This document shows, piece after piece, positions 19,952-29,459 of a stretch of 64,000 bases of DNA (the first letter of the stretch is position 1; every line of letters begins with the position of its first letter). Source of the stretch: Trueperaceae bacterium (GTDB lineage: Bacteria; Deinococcota; Deinococci; Deinococcales; Trueperaceae). Below the pieces are notes generated by a model. That model worked only from the letters and a program-made list of their open reading frames with translations, had not been told where the DNA came from and searched no databases. The position numbers and the translations under genes were made by a program. Where the stretch lies: NCBI GenBank assembly GCA_965213925.1, contig OZ243927.1:3104001-3168000 (forward strand). The letters are read 5' to 3'.

Positions 19952-20197
19952 GGGGGCAGTATACCGAGGGGAGGATGAGAATGCATCTCCGTAAAAACGA
20001 AGCGCGTCTTCACGATGTGTTTGTCTGTGAAGAGGGATCAGGATTCAGGGGTCAGAATAAAAGCGAAAACTGACTGCCGAATCCTGATGGCCGCTTACTT
20101 TCCAAGTTACTGACCCGCGAGCCGCCAGTAACCGCCGCACCTCGCCTACCGCCAATGCCCAAAATCACACGCCGCCAACGCCCTCCCCGAACCTATA

Positions 20198-21346
20198 ATG
20201 CCCTCTATGTTGACCCTCATCACCGCCTCACTGCTCGGTCTTTCAGGCGCGCTCATCGGCTCGTTCGCCAACGTGGTGATCTACCGCGTGCCGCGCGGCG
20301 AGTCCATCGCCTTCCCCGGCTCGCACTGCCCGAACTGTGAGCGTCCACTGACCGTTTTGGACCTCGTGCCTATCTTCTCCTGGCTCGCCCTGCGCGGACG
20401 TTGCCGGGGCTGTAAAGAGGGCATCGCGCTACGCTACCCTTTAATCGAAGCGATTACCGCACTCGGCTTTGTGCTGATTGCGCTGCGCTTTCCGGTTGCG
20501 CAGTATGGTCTCACCGCCTTCGTTCTCGCCATTATTTACGCCATGCTCGTGATGATGTCAGCTATCGACATCGACGAGTACATCCTGCCCGACGGTTTGA
20601 CCCTACCTGCGATTGCCGTAGGGCTCTTGGGCAGCTTTTTCTACGCCACCCCTGGTGGCTTACCGAGCCTACAAGCGGCGCTCTTTGGCGGCGCGTTAGG
20701 CGCGGGCATTATCGTGCTTATCAACCGCTTGGGCGGACTTGTGCTGCGCCACTTTGCCGACACCAAAGAGCGCCTCTTCCCTATCGGACTCGACCAGGTG
20801 AACGTGGCGTTCGTAGGCGGTGCGTTAGGTGGCTGGATTGTCGGTTCAGTGCTCGCGGCTGCGTCCGTCGTCGCTAACCTGGTCACGCGGCGCACGCTCA
20901 GGCTCTCCGAACCTCTTCTCTACGGCGTGTGGGCGTTGGCGCTCGGTACGGGTAGTTTCTACCTCGGCATCGACGCGCTCAGCGGTAGTTTGGCGGCGGC
21001 AGGTTCGGTGGCGGTTTTAGGGGCGGTGTACTGGTGGGTTTTGGACCTACTCGGCAAAGCACCCGACGAAGAAGGCGTACTTAACGAAGAGGACGACGAA
21101 CCCGTCGCAATGGGCTTTGGCGACGTGAAGCTCGCGGCGGTTTTAGGTGTGATGCTGGGCTGGCAGAACCTCTTAGTGGCGCTGCTCTTGTCCTTTTTCG
21201 TGGGGGCTATAGGCGGGCTCACCCTTAAAGCATTCGGCGGCGGGCGTGTGGTTCCTTTTGGTCCGTACCTGGCGATTGGCGGGCTGATTGCGCTGTTTTA
21301 TGGGGACGCGCTTTTGGGCTGGTACTTGGGAATGTTGGGGCTGTAG
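20198..21346 (+). CDS. pilD: Type IV prepilin peptidase/methyltransferase
   Basis: GSFANVVIYR, SHCPNC, GRCRGC, AIDID, MGFGDVKL, PFGPYL. Confidence 0.93.
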   Translation: MPSMLTLITASLLGLSGALIGSFANVVIYRVPRGESIAFPGSHCPNCERPLTVLDLVPIFSWLALRGRCRGCKEGIALRYPLIEAITALGFVLIALRFPVAQYGLTAFVLAIIYAMLVMMSAIDIDEYILPDGLTLPAIAVGLLGSFFYATPGGLPSLQAALFGGALGAGIIVLINRLGGLVLRHFADTKERLFPIGLDQVNVAFVGGALGGWIVGSVLAAASVVANLVTRRTLRLSEPLLYGVWALALGTGSFYLGIDALSGSLAAAGSVAVLGAVYWWVLDLLGKAPDEEGVLNEEDDEPVAMGFGDVKLAAVLGVMLGWQNLLVALLLSFFVGAIGGLTLKAFGGGRVVPFGPYLAIGGLIALFYGDALLGWYLGMLGL

Positions 21347-21508
21347 GGTGGAAATGTCTCGAGCTAACCGTGACTTGCAAAAGAGATAGTGGGGTCGACG
21401 TCGCTCCATTCACTGTGAGACCATTCACTATGCACTGTGCTGAATTGCAGAGCTTCTCAACCTTACGGAGCTTGTACCACGCCTTCTGAAAGCTGAGTAG
21501 AGACGGTA

Positions 21509-22738
21509 TCAGGAGGTCAACGTATCTAGTCCGATCGCCTCTAGCACGTCTTTCGGGTTGACCTTGCCCTTAAACCAGACGATCTTCGCGGGGACGTCCT
21601 CGAGCTTGATGCCCGCCGCGCCCAAGTTCAGCCGTTCAGAGACGGCGAGGACGAGGTCGTCGCGCAAGGATTTCTTGACCTGCGCGAACTTCTTCTTGAG
21701 GTACTCGGGTCGCCAGTAGCCGACGATTTCTAGGAGGCACGAGCGTCCGTCCGGGTGGACCAAGCGAAAGTCGGGGACCATCACGCTGCCGGGAACCGGC
21801 AAGAGGTCGACTTCGCGCTCCAACTTCCAGGGCGTCTGCGTCTTGTCCCAGCGCTTGACGAAAGACTCTTCGACCACGCTGTCGTAGGTTTTGCCGCGCT
21901 TGTAGTGCGAGACGAGCCCGCAGGTATCGTCCAGCGAAAACCGCGCCTCGGCGGGCACGTTGTCGTAGGTCTGGCGCGGCACGAGCGTCGCCTCCATACG
22001 CCAGCGGCTGACCTGTAAAAGCGCGGGGAGAAACTTGGCGAGGTCCGTACCGTAGCGCGTCGAGGGCTTAAAGAGGCTGTCGGGACCGTCGATGGTGATA
22101 GTAAAGCCGTGCTCGGCGTCCCCTTCGATATAGCTCATCAGCCCGAAGAGTTTAAGGAACTTAAAGAGCTGCTTGTACTCGCCGGGGTCGTTGCGGTACG
22201 CCGTGATGACGATGTCGCTGGCGCGGTACAAGACGCCCTGCGCTTGCGAGAGGTTGTAGCGGTGCAAGAGGGTCTCGGGCGTGGGCGCGTCGAAGGAGAG
22301 GAGCGTCTGATTCTCAGCGAGGTCGGCGTAGAGACCCTCTTCAACTTGGTCAGCGGGAACGGTGCGCTCTAGCTCGAGCGAGAGCCTCTCCGCGACCTCT
22401 TTTACGACCTGCTGCGTGACCTCTTGACTGGGGAGTCTGGGGGCCGCCGCACTAAACACCAGCTCGCGCAACCGCTCGGGCTCTAAAGGGCTCACCGTTT
22501 CGAAGTCCGCGAAGCCGTGCAAGAGGTGCACTAAACCGCGCTTAACGCGGTAGTCCGTCTCCGTCCCCTCCAAAAGCTGCAACTGCTCCTCTAACTCGCT
22601 GCGCTTTTGCCCCACGCAACGCTCGAAAATAGCGGTAGCGTCCGCCGCCATCTGCTTGTGCTTGTCGTCGAGCGGCAAGCGTTTAGGAACGATCTCATCA
22701 CCTTTATAGCGGTGCATGAGAAGTTGGCTCGGTAGCAT
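21509..22738 (-). CDS. DUF790-family (Bax1-like) PD-(D/E)XK nuclease
   Basis: YNLSQAQG, DGP.SLF..TRYG, PDF...EIVGYW..EYL.KK. Confidence 0.85.
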   Translation of the reverse strand: MLPSQLLMHRYKGDEIVPKRLPLDDKHKQMAADATAIFERCVGQKRSELEEQLQLLEGTETDYRVKRGLVHLLHGFADFETVSPLEPERLRELVFSAAAPRLPSQEVTQQVVKEVAERLSLELERTVPADQVEEGLYADLAENQTLLSFDAPTPETLLHRYNLSQAQGVLYRASDIVITAYRNDPGEYKQLFKFLKLFGLMSYIEGDAEHGFTITIDGPDSLFKPSTRYGTDLAKFLPALLQVSRWRMEATLVPRQTYDNVPAEARFSLDDTCGLVSHYKRGKTYDSVVEESFVKRWDKTQTPWKLEREVDLLPVPGSVMVPDFRLVHPDGRSCLLEIVGYWRPEYLKKKFAQVKKSLRDDLVLAVSERLNLGAAGIKLEDVPAKIVWFKGKVNPKDVLEAIGLDTLTS

Positions 22739-22753
22739 TAGACGTTCACCGAT

Positions 22754-24193
22754 CTATAAATCCTCGAAGTCTAGACTGTCCTGCATCCCGATACGCTCGC
22801 CTGTCACGATAGGTTTGACCTCTTGTCGCTTTGGGCGCTCGCGCCGCCGTTTCGACACGCCTTCTTCGCTCGTTTTCGCCGCGACGACTTCGTACAACAG
22901 GGCGAGCTTGCCCTCCCTCTTTCTCAAGATGCGCCCTAAGCGCTGCACGTATTCCCTGGTCGTCCCCGTTCCAGAAAGCACCACCGCCACATTCGCCTCG
23001 GGCACGTCCACCCCTTCGTTCAACACCTTTGAGGTGGCGAGGCGCGGATAGCGTCCCTCCCGGAACCTCTGCAACGTCTCGTGCCGCTCTTTGACCTTGG
23101 TCTGATGCGTGATGGCGGGGACCAAAAACGTCTGCGAAATTCGGTAGACCATCGCGTTGTTGTCGGTAAAAATCAGCATCCGGTCGTTCTGGTGCTTGGT
23201 GAACAGCTCGGCGAGCACGCGGAGCTTGCCCTCGGTACCGAAAGCAATGGAACGCGCCTCGCGGTGCGCGAGCATGGCGGCGCGTCCCGCTTGCGAGCGG
23301 GCGCTCTCCCGCACGAAGTGTTGCCAGCCGCGCAGCGACCCTAAGAAGATATTGCGCTCCTGCAAAAAGGTGTTGCGCTTTGCCGTCATCTCGTCGTAGC
23401 GCAGCCGCTCAGCTTGGGAGAGTTCCACGTCGATGCGGATGATTTTATGTTCTGCGAGCGCGTCGCCCGCCAACTCTTCGGGCGTCTTGTGATACACGAC
23501 GGGACCGATGAGCGTATGCAAATCCTCGTCTTTGCCGTCGGTGCGTTCGGGCGTCGCACTTAACCCTAAGCGGTAGGGCGCGATGGAGTACTCGGCAATC
23601 GTGCGCTTAAAGTCCGAGGGCAAGTGGTGACATTCGTCGAAAATGACGAGCCCGTAGCGGTTGCCCAGTGTCTCCGCAAAGATCGCGGCGCTGTCGTAGG
23701 TTGCCACTAAAACCGGCGAGCGGTCTTTGGAGCCGCCGCCCAGAAGCCCCACCTCCACATCGGGAAAGGTCGCCACGAGCTGCGCGTACCACTGGTGCAT
23801 GAGGTCCAAAGTCGGCACGACGATGAGGGTGCTGCGCGGCGTCGCCTCCATCGCGAGCTGTGCGAGGTACGTTTTACCTGTGCCTGTCGGCAACACGACC
23901 GTACCGCGCCTGCCTGCGCGCTTCCACGCCTCTAACGCTTCAGATTGATGGGGATAGGGTTTCATGGAGACGGTAGAGTTTAGCTCGAGCCTTCCCCACA
24001 CCTGCGCCTTGTCCTCGACCTCGGTCCCCTCGGTGCGCATCGCTTCTAAAAAACTGCGGTACTGCAAGGCGGGTAGCCGGAACTTCTCGATGCGGTCGTC
24101 CCACGTCGCGAACTCCACCCAACGCCGCCCTTTGGGGGGTGGGTGCAAGATGAGCGTGCCCCTATCGAAGCGCAGCGTGGAGCGGCGTGCCAT
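22754..24193 (-). CDS. XPB/Rad25-like SF2 DNA helicase
   Basis: LPTGTGKT, DECHH, LGLSATPER, VLNEGVDVP, QRLGRILR. Confidence 0.9.
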   Translation of the reverse strand: MARRSTLRFDRGTLILHPPPKGRRWVEFATWDDRIEKFRLPALQYRSFLEAMRTEGTEVEDKAQVWGRLELNSTVSMKPYPHQSEALEAWKRAGRRGTVVLPTGTGKTYLAQLAMEATPRSTLIVVPTLDLMHQWYAQLVATFPDVEVGLLGGGSKDRSPVLVATYDSAAIFAETLGNRYGLVIFDECHHLPSDFKRTIAEYSIAPYRLGLSATPERTDGKDEDLHTLIGPVVYHKTPEELAGDALAEHKIIRIDVELSQAERLRYDEMTAKRNTFLQERNIFLGSLRGWQHFVRESARSQAGRAAMLAHREARSIAFGTEGKLRVLAELFTKHQNDRMLIFTDNNAMVYRISQTFLVPAITHQTKVKERHETLQRFREGRYPRLATSKVLNEGVDVPEANVAVVLSGTGTTREYVQRLGRILRKREGKLALLYEVVAAKTSEEGVSKRRRERPKRQEVKPIVTGERIGMQDSLDFEDL

Positions 24194-24309
24194 AAAAAAG
24201 CCTAGCACTTACACCTCGTTGATGTGGGGAGGTGCTTAGCGTATGTAGAGAGGAAGATAGGTGAGACGCGCTCTGCTGCATTCGCTATCCTCTGTATCCT
24301 CTGAACTGA

Positions 24310-24522
24310 GTACACTGTTAGCCAAAAAATGAAACATGTCATTCTGAGCGGAACGCAGTGGAGTGAAAGAATCTCTGACCTTGCTGGCTCCTCTGACAGA
24401 GAATGCGAGACGAGACCCTTACGCCTTCGGCTCAGGGTGACATCAGTAATAAGTATCAGTACTTAGTTTACAGCGTACAGGGTGACATGCTAATAAGTAG
24501 CGCTACTTGCTTAACGGTGTAC
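24310..24522. mobile_element. MITE-like element (GTACACTGTTA/TAACGGTGTAC TIRs, TGA direct flanks) enclosing a GTCATTCTGAGC-type palindromic repeat
   Basis: TIRs match at 10 of 11 positions; TGA at 24307-24309 and 24523-24525; inner IR TGTCATTCTGAGC (24337-24349) / GCTCAGGGTGACA (24430-24442). Confidence 0.6.
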
Positions 24523-24706
24523 TGACGCTCAGCGACCTCGAGCCTCGTGCATTTGCACGTTTGCGCAACCGCAGAATCTTGTATAACAAGTAGGGCACGA
24601 GCGTTCAGCCGTCAGCGAAAGCTTTGGAGCTGATGAAGCGCCAACAGCGAACGCTTCTTCTCGGCGCAGTGATAATGGTAGGTGGGGGCGCGAGTTAAGG
24701 AGAGCT

Positions 24707-26428
24707 ATGCTAGGAACCGCTGAGATCAAAACGAGCGTGACGAACGCGCTGCGGCGCATCGGCAAGCAGAACGAGCAGGGCGAGACGATCGGGATCGCCT
24801 ACTTAGAGCGCGGCGGTTTGCAAATGATCCCCGTTTTTGTGCGCATCGTCGGCTTCGCGCTCGTGCTGAGCCTCTATTTCTTGCAGCAACCTCTCGCCGC
24901 TACGGGCGCTGTACCAGGGCTGGGGCGCGTCGCCAATACGCAGTTCATCTCACCCTTTCAGTACGCTCTAGCCGTCGCGATCTACGCAACTTACTTCGCG
25001 GCGACGCTCGTCCGGGGCGGCTTTTTCAAGGGGCAGCCGGGCGTAGAAATTCACTTCACCAAGTACCAGCGCATCGTGCGCACGCTTAAAGCGGGCAAGA
25101 GCACGCTCGTCTTAGACCCACGGGTGCGACCTTACGCGGCGGTGTCCACCAAACCCTTTGTGTTGGACATGCCCAAAATCCAGGGAACGACGGGCGACAA
25201 CATCAGCTTGTCGTATAAGGGAGCCCTCATCGCCCGCGTCGAGGACACCTACCGGCTCGTCGAGCGCGGCGGCTTCGAGGCGTTTTGTGCGCAGTTGGAA
25301 GAGCTTTTTGAGAGCGTCATCAAAGACGAAATGCTGAGCGTATCAGCGCGCGACTTCAACCGCTTTTTGGTCGAGCAAGCTGAGTTTCCGAGCGAAGTTG
25401 CAGGTGAAGGCGAGAGCCTCACCGACAGGCTCGCCGACTTGGAAAAGGAGGACTTGAGCCCCGAACTCCTCTCGAAAATCGCCAGCATCGCCGAACTCGA
25501 CGTGTCACGCTTTATCCTCAGCGAGACTCAGACCCCGCGGCGGCGAGCGCTCTTAGATAAACTGCGCGACTTAGCGAGCAGCTACGGCATCGCCCTATTG
25601 GACCACCTTCCGCAGGGCAACCTCACCAGCGACGATTACTTACGCACCCTAGCGGTCGGGCTCGTCTCCTCCATCACGCGGGTGCGGCAAGCGACCGAAA
25701 CGCTTAAAGACATCACCGAAGAGGAAATTTCCGAAGAGGTCGCGGCGAAGGTGGCGGACGTGAGTTTGGGCGTCTTGGAGGTCGAGCGCATCATCCGCGA
25801 AATCGACGCGATCAAAGCGACCTTGGAGGATGAGAGCACCGAAACCCAGATTATCCAAGCGCGCCGCGCCGCCATAGGCAACATCGTGAGCAGCACGCTC
25901 ACCCCGGCGCTGTCGCAAGTCTCGACCCTCAAAGAGCAGGTGCGGGCGCGGAGCGTGCAGAGTGCGGGCCTAGAGACCTATATTCAAAAACAGGACGAGC
26001 TGTTGGCGCGGCTGAGCGAACGGGTGAACGACCTGCCCCGCGTGAGCCGCGTAGTGACGGACCAGACCGAGGTGGAAAGCGTCGTCATGCGAGGTGACCT
26101 CTTGCGCTCGCTGATGGACGAGAGCGGCGTGAGCGCCGTTTTGAAGGAGTATCGGCAGCGCGGCTTTGCACGGCTAGACGCGCCCGACCAGGCGTCCTTA
26201 GAGGCGTACACGCTCGACGTGGACGCGCTCATGCGCGAACTGAGCGGCGCGTTAGAAACCGTCCCTACCGACTCCGGCACACGCATCGAATACACGCCCG
26301 AGTCGGTCAAGCGTAAGGTCGAGACCATCACCGCGAAAGCGAGCGCGTCGCGCAGCGAGAAAGAGAATTCCGTGAATGAGGACGAGACGATGAGCTGGAA
26401 GGTCGCTGACCGGGAGGTCGGAGCGTGA
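24707..26428 (+). CDS. Membrane protein with divergent SPFH(Band 7)-like domain and long coiled coil
   Basis: Two TM segments, then a ...TLKAG...VSTKPFVLDMP...TTGDN...ARVED SPFH-like pattern; heptad-rich C-terminal half; AAGGAG RBS. Confidence 0.6.
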   Translation: MLGTAEIKTSVTNALRRIGKQNEQGETIGIAYLERGGLQMIPVFVRIVGFALVLSLYFLQQPLAATGAVPGLGRVANTQFISPFQYALAVAIYATYFAATLVRGGFFKGQPGVEIHFTKYQRIVRTLKAGKSTLVLDPRVRPYAAVSTKPFVLDMPKIQGTTGDNISLSYKGALIARVEDTYRLVERGGFEAFCAQLEELFESVIKDEMLSVSARDFNRFLVEQAEFPSEVAGEGESLTDRLADLEKEDLSPELLSKIASIAELDVSRFILSETQTPRRRALLDKLRDLASSYGIALLDHLPQGNLTSDDYLRTLAVGLVSSITRVRQATETLKDITEEEISEEVAAKVADVSLGVLEVERIIREIDAIKATLEDESTETQIIQARRAAIGNIVSSTLTPALSQVSTLKEQVRARSVQSAGLETYIQKQDELLARLSERVNDLPRVSRVVTDQTEVESVVMRGDLLRSLMDESGVSAVLKEYRQRGFARLDAPDQASLEAYTLDVDALMRELSGALETVPTDSGTRIEYTPESVKRKVETITAKASASRSEKENSVNEDETMSWKVADREVGA

Positions 26429-27747
26429 GCTACCGCGACGTAGGTCAGCGTTTGAGCGACAAAGCCAAGGGCGGCTTAGAGGAAATTTTGGACAGCGGCT
26501 CTCGCGAGGTCGAGGTGGCGGTCGGGCGCAAGCTCGACCAGATGTTGGGCTCGGTCAAGCGCAACGTGCAAGAGGGCGACCTGAGCCGCTTCAAGTCGGT
26601 GGACGAGGAGCGCATCTTGAGCTTCGTGCCCGACAAGCGCCGCCCTTCCGGGCTCGGGCTCTTCACACTCGGGCTGCTCGCTCTGGTTCTCTTACCGGGC
26701 TGGCTCAAAGCGTTCGCGCTCCCCGGCTTGCTTTTAGGGACGCTCGTCTTCGCGGGGCGCTACTTGAACAACGCTCGAGTTGACGTTCCTGACGGCTACA
26801 CCGGCGTCCTCTGTCGCTACGGCAAACCCATCACCGGGCGCAGCGCCAAAACCGGGCGCAACTGGCTCTTCCGCTTCGACACCTTTATCCCCTTTCTCGT
26901 CTCGCAGCGTGACCAAGTCGTGGACCTAGAAGACGCCAACTTCACCGCCGACTACGCCAGCATCTCACTTTCGCAGCAGCTCGCCTTCCGCGTGACCCGC
27001 CCCGACGTGTTTGTCGAGCAGAGCAGCCCCGGCAACATCATGAAAATCTTGAGCCTCTACGCAGGCTACCTCAACTTGCGCATCATCACCTCCATCGAGG
27101 ACGCGCGGGTTAAGTTTAGCGGACGCGACCGCATCGACAACATTATCGGAGCGCTCAACGACAACCTCAAGGATACGTACGGCATCGAAATCGTGCGCGG
27201 CAGTATGCCCTCGGCGAACAACGACATCCTGCTCGACTTAGAGGCGATAAGAACGCTCCTCAAAGAGATCGAAGCGATGACGGAGACGCAGCAAGTCCGC
27301 GTCGAAGCGGCTGTGAAACAGGTCGAGTCGCAACTGCGCACCCGCCGCAAAGAGACGCGCAGCCGCGCGTTTGACCTGCAGCAAGCCAAAGTCAGGCTCG
27401 ACACAAGCGTGGCGGAGCAGGTCGGCGCGGCGAAGCAGGCGAGCTTAGTGCGGGCGCGGCAAGAACTCGAGGAAGCCGCCTCCGAAGTGCGCCGCGAACT
27501 CGCTAACCTAGCGGCACGTGAGCAGAAAAACCGCGATTTGCAGGACTCGGTGGAGGGCTTAGAGCTGGAATTCAAACTGCGCCTCGCCGAGTTGAGGGAG
27601 CGCTACGCGCATCAGCTCTTACCCGAGCAGATAGAGGTTTTATCCGTGAAAGGGTTGGGGCAAGGGTTGACGCTCGGGCGGGCGCTGAGCGAGGCGGGGC
27701 AGCTTTTTAAGGTGTTGCCGGAGCAAAGGGGGAATGACGAGGGGTGA
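26425..27747 (+). CDS. SPFH(Band 7)-domain membrane protein with long coiled coil
   Basis: TM hairpin; VDVPDGYTGVLCRYGK, FTAD, FRVTRP, TYGIEI; coiled coil; GTGA overlap with the upstream gene. Confidence 0.75.
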   Translation: MSYRDVGQRLSDKAKGGLEEILDSGSREVEVAVGRKLDQMLGSVKRNVQEGDLSRFKSVDEERILSFVPDKRRPSGLGLFTLGLLALVLLPGWLKAFALPGLLLGTLVFAGRYLNNARVDVPDGYTGVLCRYGKPITGRSAKTGRNWLFRFDTFIPFLVSQRDQVVDLEDANFTADYASISLSQQLAFRVTRPDVFVEQSSPGNIMKILSLYAGYLNLRIITSIEDARVKFSGRDRIDNIIGALNDNLKDTYGIEIVRGSMPSANNDILLDLEAIRTLLKEIEAMTETQQVRVEAAVKQVESQLRTRRKETRSRAFDLQQAKVRLDTSVAEQVGAAKQASLVRARQELEEAASEVRRELANLAAREQKNRDLQDSVEGLELEFKLRLAELRERYAHQLLPEQIEVLSVKGLGQGLTLGRALSEAGQLFKVLPEQRGNDEG

Positions 27748-27922
27748 GGTCCCTATTCCTTCACACCTCACTTTGCGGTAAACTGTTGCGGTTGTCAGGG
27801 CGTGAGGAATTTCACAGCAAATCGACGCTGACGCACCTGTGCTCGAGGTTTCCTATGTTCATTCTTCCTTCTTTATTATTGGCGCTTTTCAGACGCCGCA
27901 ACGCACCTTCTAAAAGGATTCT

Positions 27923-29434
27923 ATGCTCAGATCATTAAGAGAAAGAGACTTCGACCTTTCACGGATCGTGAGCGGCTCGAGCCTCTACACCGCGTCACTC
28001 GTCCTCCTCCTCGGTTGGGCGTACACCTCTACACTGTTACCTGGTATCGGCTACACGGGCGACACGGTCAAGTTTCAGTACCTCGGCGAGATTTTAGGCA
28101 TCCCGCACCCGACGGGCTACCCGCTCTACTTGGTGCTGAACAACCTCTTCGTCAACGTGTTCCCGTTCGGTTCGCTGGCGTACAAAGCGAATCTACTCTC
28201 GGCTGTCTTTGCCGTCGCCGCGTGTGTCGTCTTTTTCCGGCTGCTCCTCTATTTAGGGCTCGGTCGCATGGGCGCGTTGGCGCTTTCGCTCTCGCTCGGG
28301 CTAAGCTACGTCCTCTGGTCGCAAGCGGTTGTCGCCGAGGTCTACACGCTCCACCTCTTGCTGATGACGAGCGTCATGTACGCGCTTATTCGCTGGCACA
28401 GCGGTGAAGAAAAGATGTTCTACGTCGCTACGGGTCTTTACGCGCTCTCCTTCGGCAACCACCTCACCTCGATTACGCTTTTGCCTGCCTTTGTCTATAT
28501 TACGCTCGCAACGAACCCCAAAGTCTTCATTCAGCCACGCAAAGTCCTTTGGGTGGTGGGCGTGGTCATCCTCGGCGCACTCCAGTACAGCTACCTCTTC
28601 TGGCGGCTCAACAACGAGTTTTTCTACGCGGAACTCTTTACGGGCAGGAGTTTTGACAACCTACGCGACTTCTTAACGGGCGGCAACTTCAAAGAGTCGA
28701 TGTTCGCCTTTACAGGAGCGCAACTTTGGAGCGAACGTTTGCCTTTAGCGCTCACGATTCTGACGCGCAGCTTCCCGGTTATCGGGCTCGCCGCGCTGGG
28801 CGTTGCGGCGCAGGCGAAGCGGCTACACGTCGTCAACTTCGTGCTGATTTACTTCCTGTCGCACACCTACTACGCGATGAACTACAACATCCCTGACATC
28901 GAGGTTTACTTCATCCCGAGTATTATGGCGCTGGCACTGCTGGCAGGGTTAGGGCTCAGTGAGCTTTTACAAGACGCTAATGCGCCGCGCTTGGCGCTCC
29001 TTTTAGCCGTACCGCTCGGGCTTTTGTTTATGAACTACCGCGAGGTTGATTTAAGTCACATCACCGCGCCGCAGGGCGAGGCGGCGGCGATTATTAGCGC
29101 CGTTCAGCGCGACGCCATTATCTCGACGAGCGGCTATAACCGGATGCAGTACATGTTCTACCACACGCTCGGGCTCAAAAAGCAGCGCGACAACCTCTTT
29201 GTGACGAATTACGGAAGAAACGGAGCGTTCCTCCAATCTTATCTGAGAGGTGAAGCGCCGCCCGAAATCGGCGAGCCGCCGCTTTTATTGGCGCAAGAGG
29301 GCAAAAATCCGCCGCCGGGTCTGCGCGTTTTCTGCTGGGAATGCGCGAACCCGCAAGCGCTACAAAAGCACGGCTTCGACGTACAAATGACGGGTGTGGC
29401 GGGGCTTTACAGGCTCGAGCTAGCCAATCCGTAG
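27923..29434 (+). CDS. DUF2723 (TMEM260-like) GT-C glycosyltransferase, paralog 1
   Basis: GD...GIPHPTGYPLY, WSQAVVAEVY, NH motifs; many TM helices. Confidence 0.85.
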   Translation: MLRSLRERDFDLSRIVSGSSLYTASLVLLLGWAYTSTLLPGIGYTGDTVKFQYLGEILGIPHPTGYPLYLVLNNLFVNVFPFGSLAYKANLLSAVFAVAACVVFFRLLLYLGLGRMGALALSLSLGLSYVLWSQAVVAEVYTLHLLLMTSVMYALIRWHSGEEKMFYVATGLYALSFGNHLTSITLLPAFVYITLATNPKVFIQPRKVLWVVGVVILGALQYSYLFWRLNNEFFYAELFTGRSFDNLRDFLTGGNFKESMFAFTGAQLWSERLPLALTILTRSFPVIGLAALGVAAQAKRLHVVNFVLIYFLSHTYYAMNYNIPDIEVYFIPSIMALALLAGLGLSELLQDANAPRLALLLAVPLGLLFMNYREVDLSHITAPQGEAAAIISAVQRDAIISTSGYNRMQYMFYHTLGLKKQRDNLFVTNYGRNGAFLQSYLRGEAPPEIGEPPLLLAQEGKNPPPGLRVFCWECANPQALQKHGFDVQMTGVAGLYRLELANP

Positions 29435-29459
29435 ACGTGTTCGGTAGAGCGGGGGCGTT

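Noticed and set aside
24592..24660. Hammerhead ribozyme or fluoride riboswitch (CTGATGA present)
   Set aside because: No correctly placed GAAA/stem II for a hammerhead; the fluoride GATGG 5' motif and pseudoknot pairing are not met.
27801..27816. CRP-family site CGTGA-N6-TCACA
   Set aside because: A single imperfect match, and TGTGA/TCACA half-sites are frequent in these spacers; not enough support alone.
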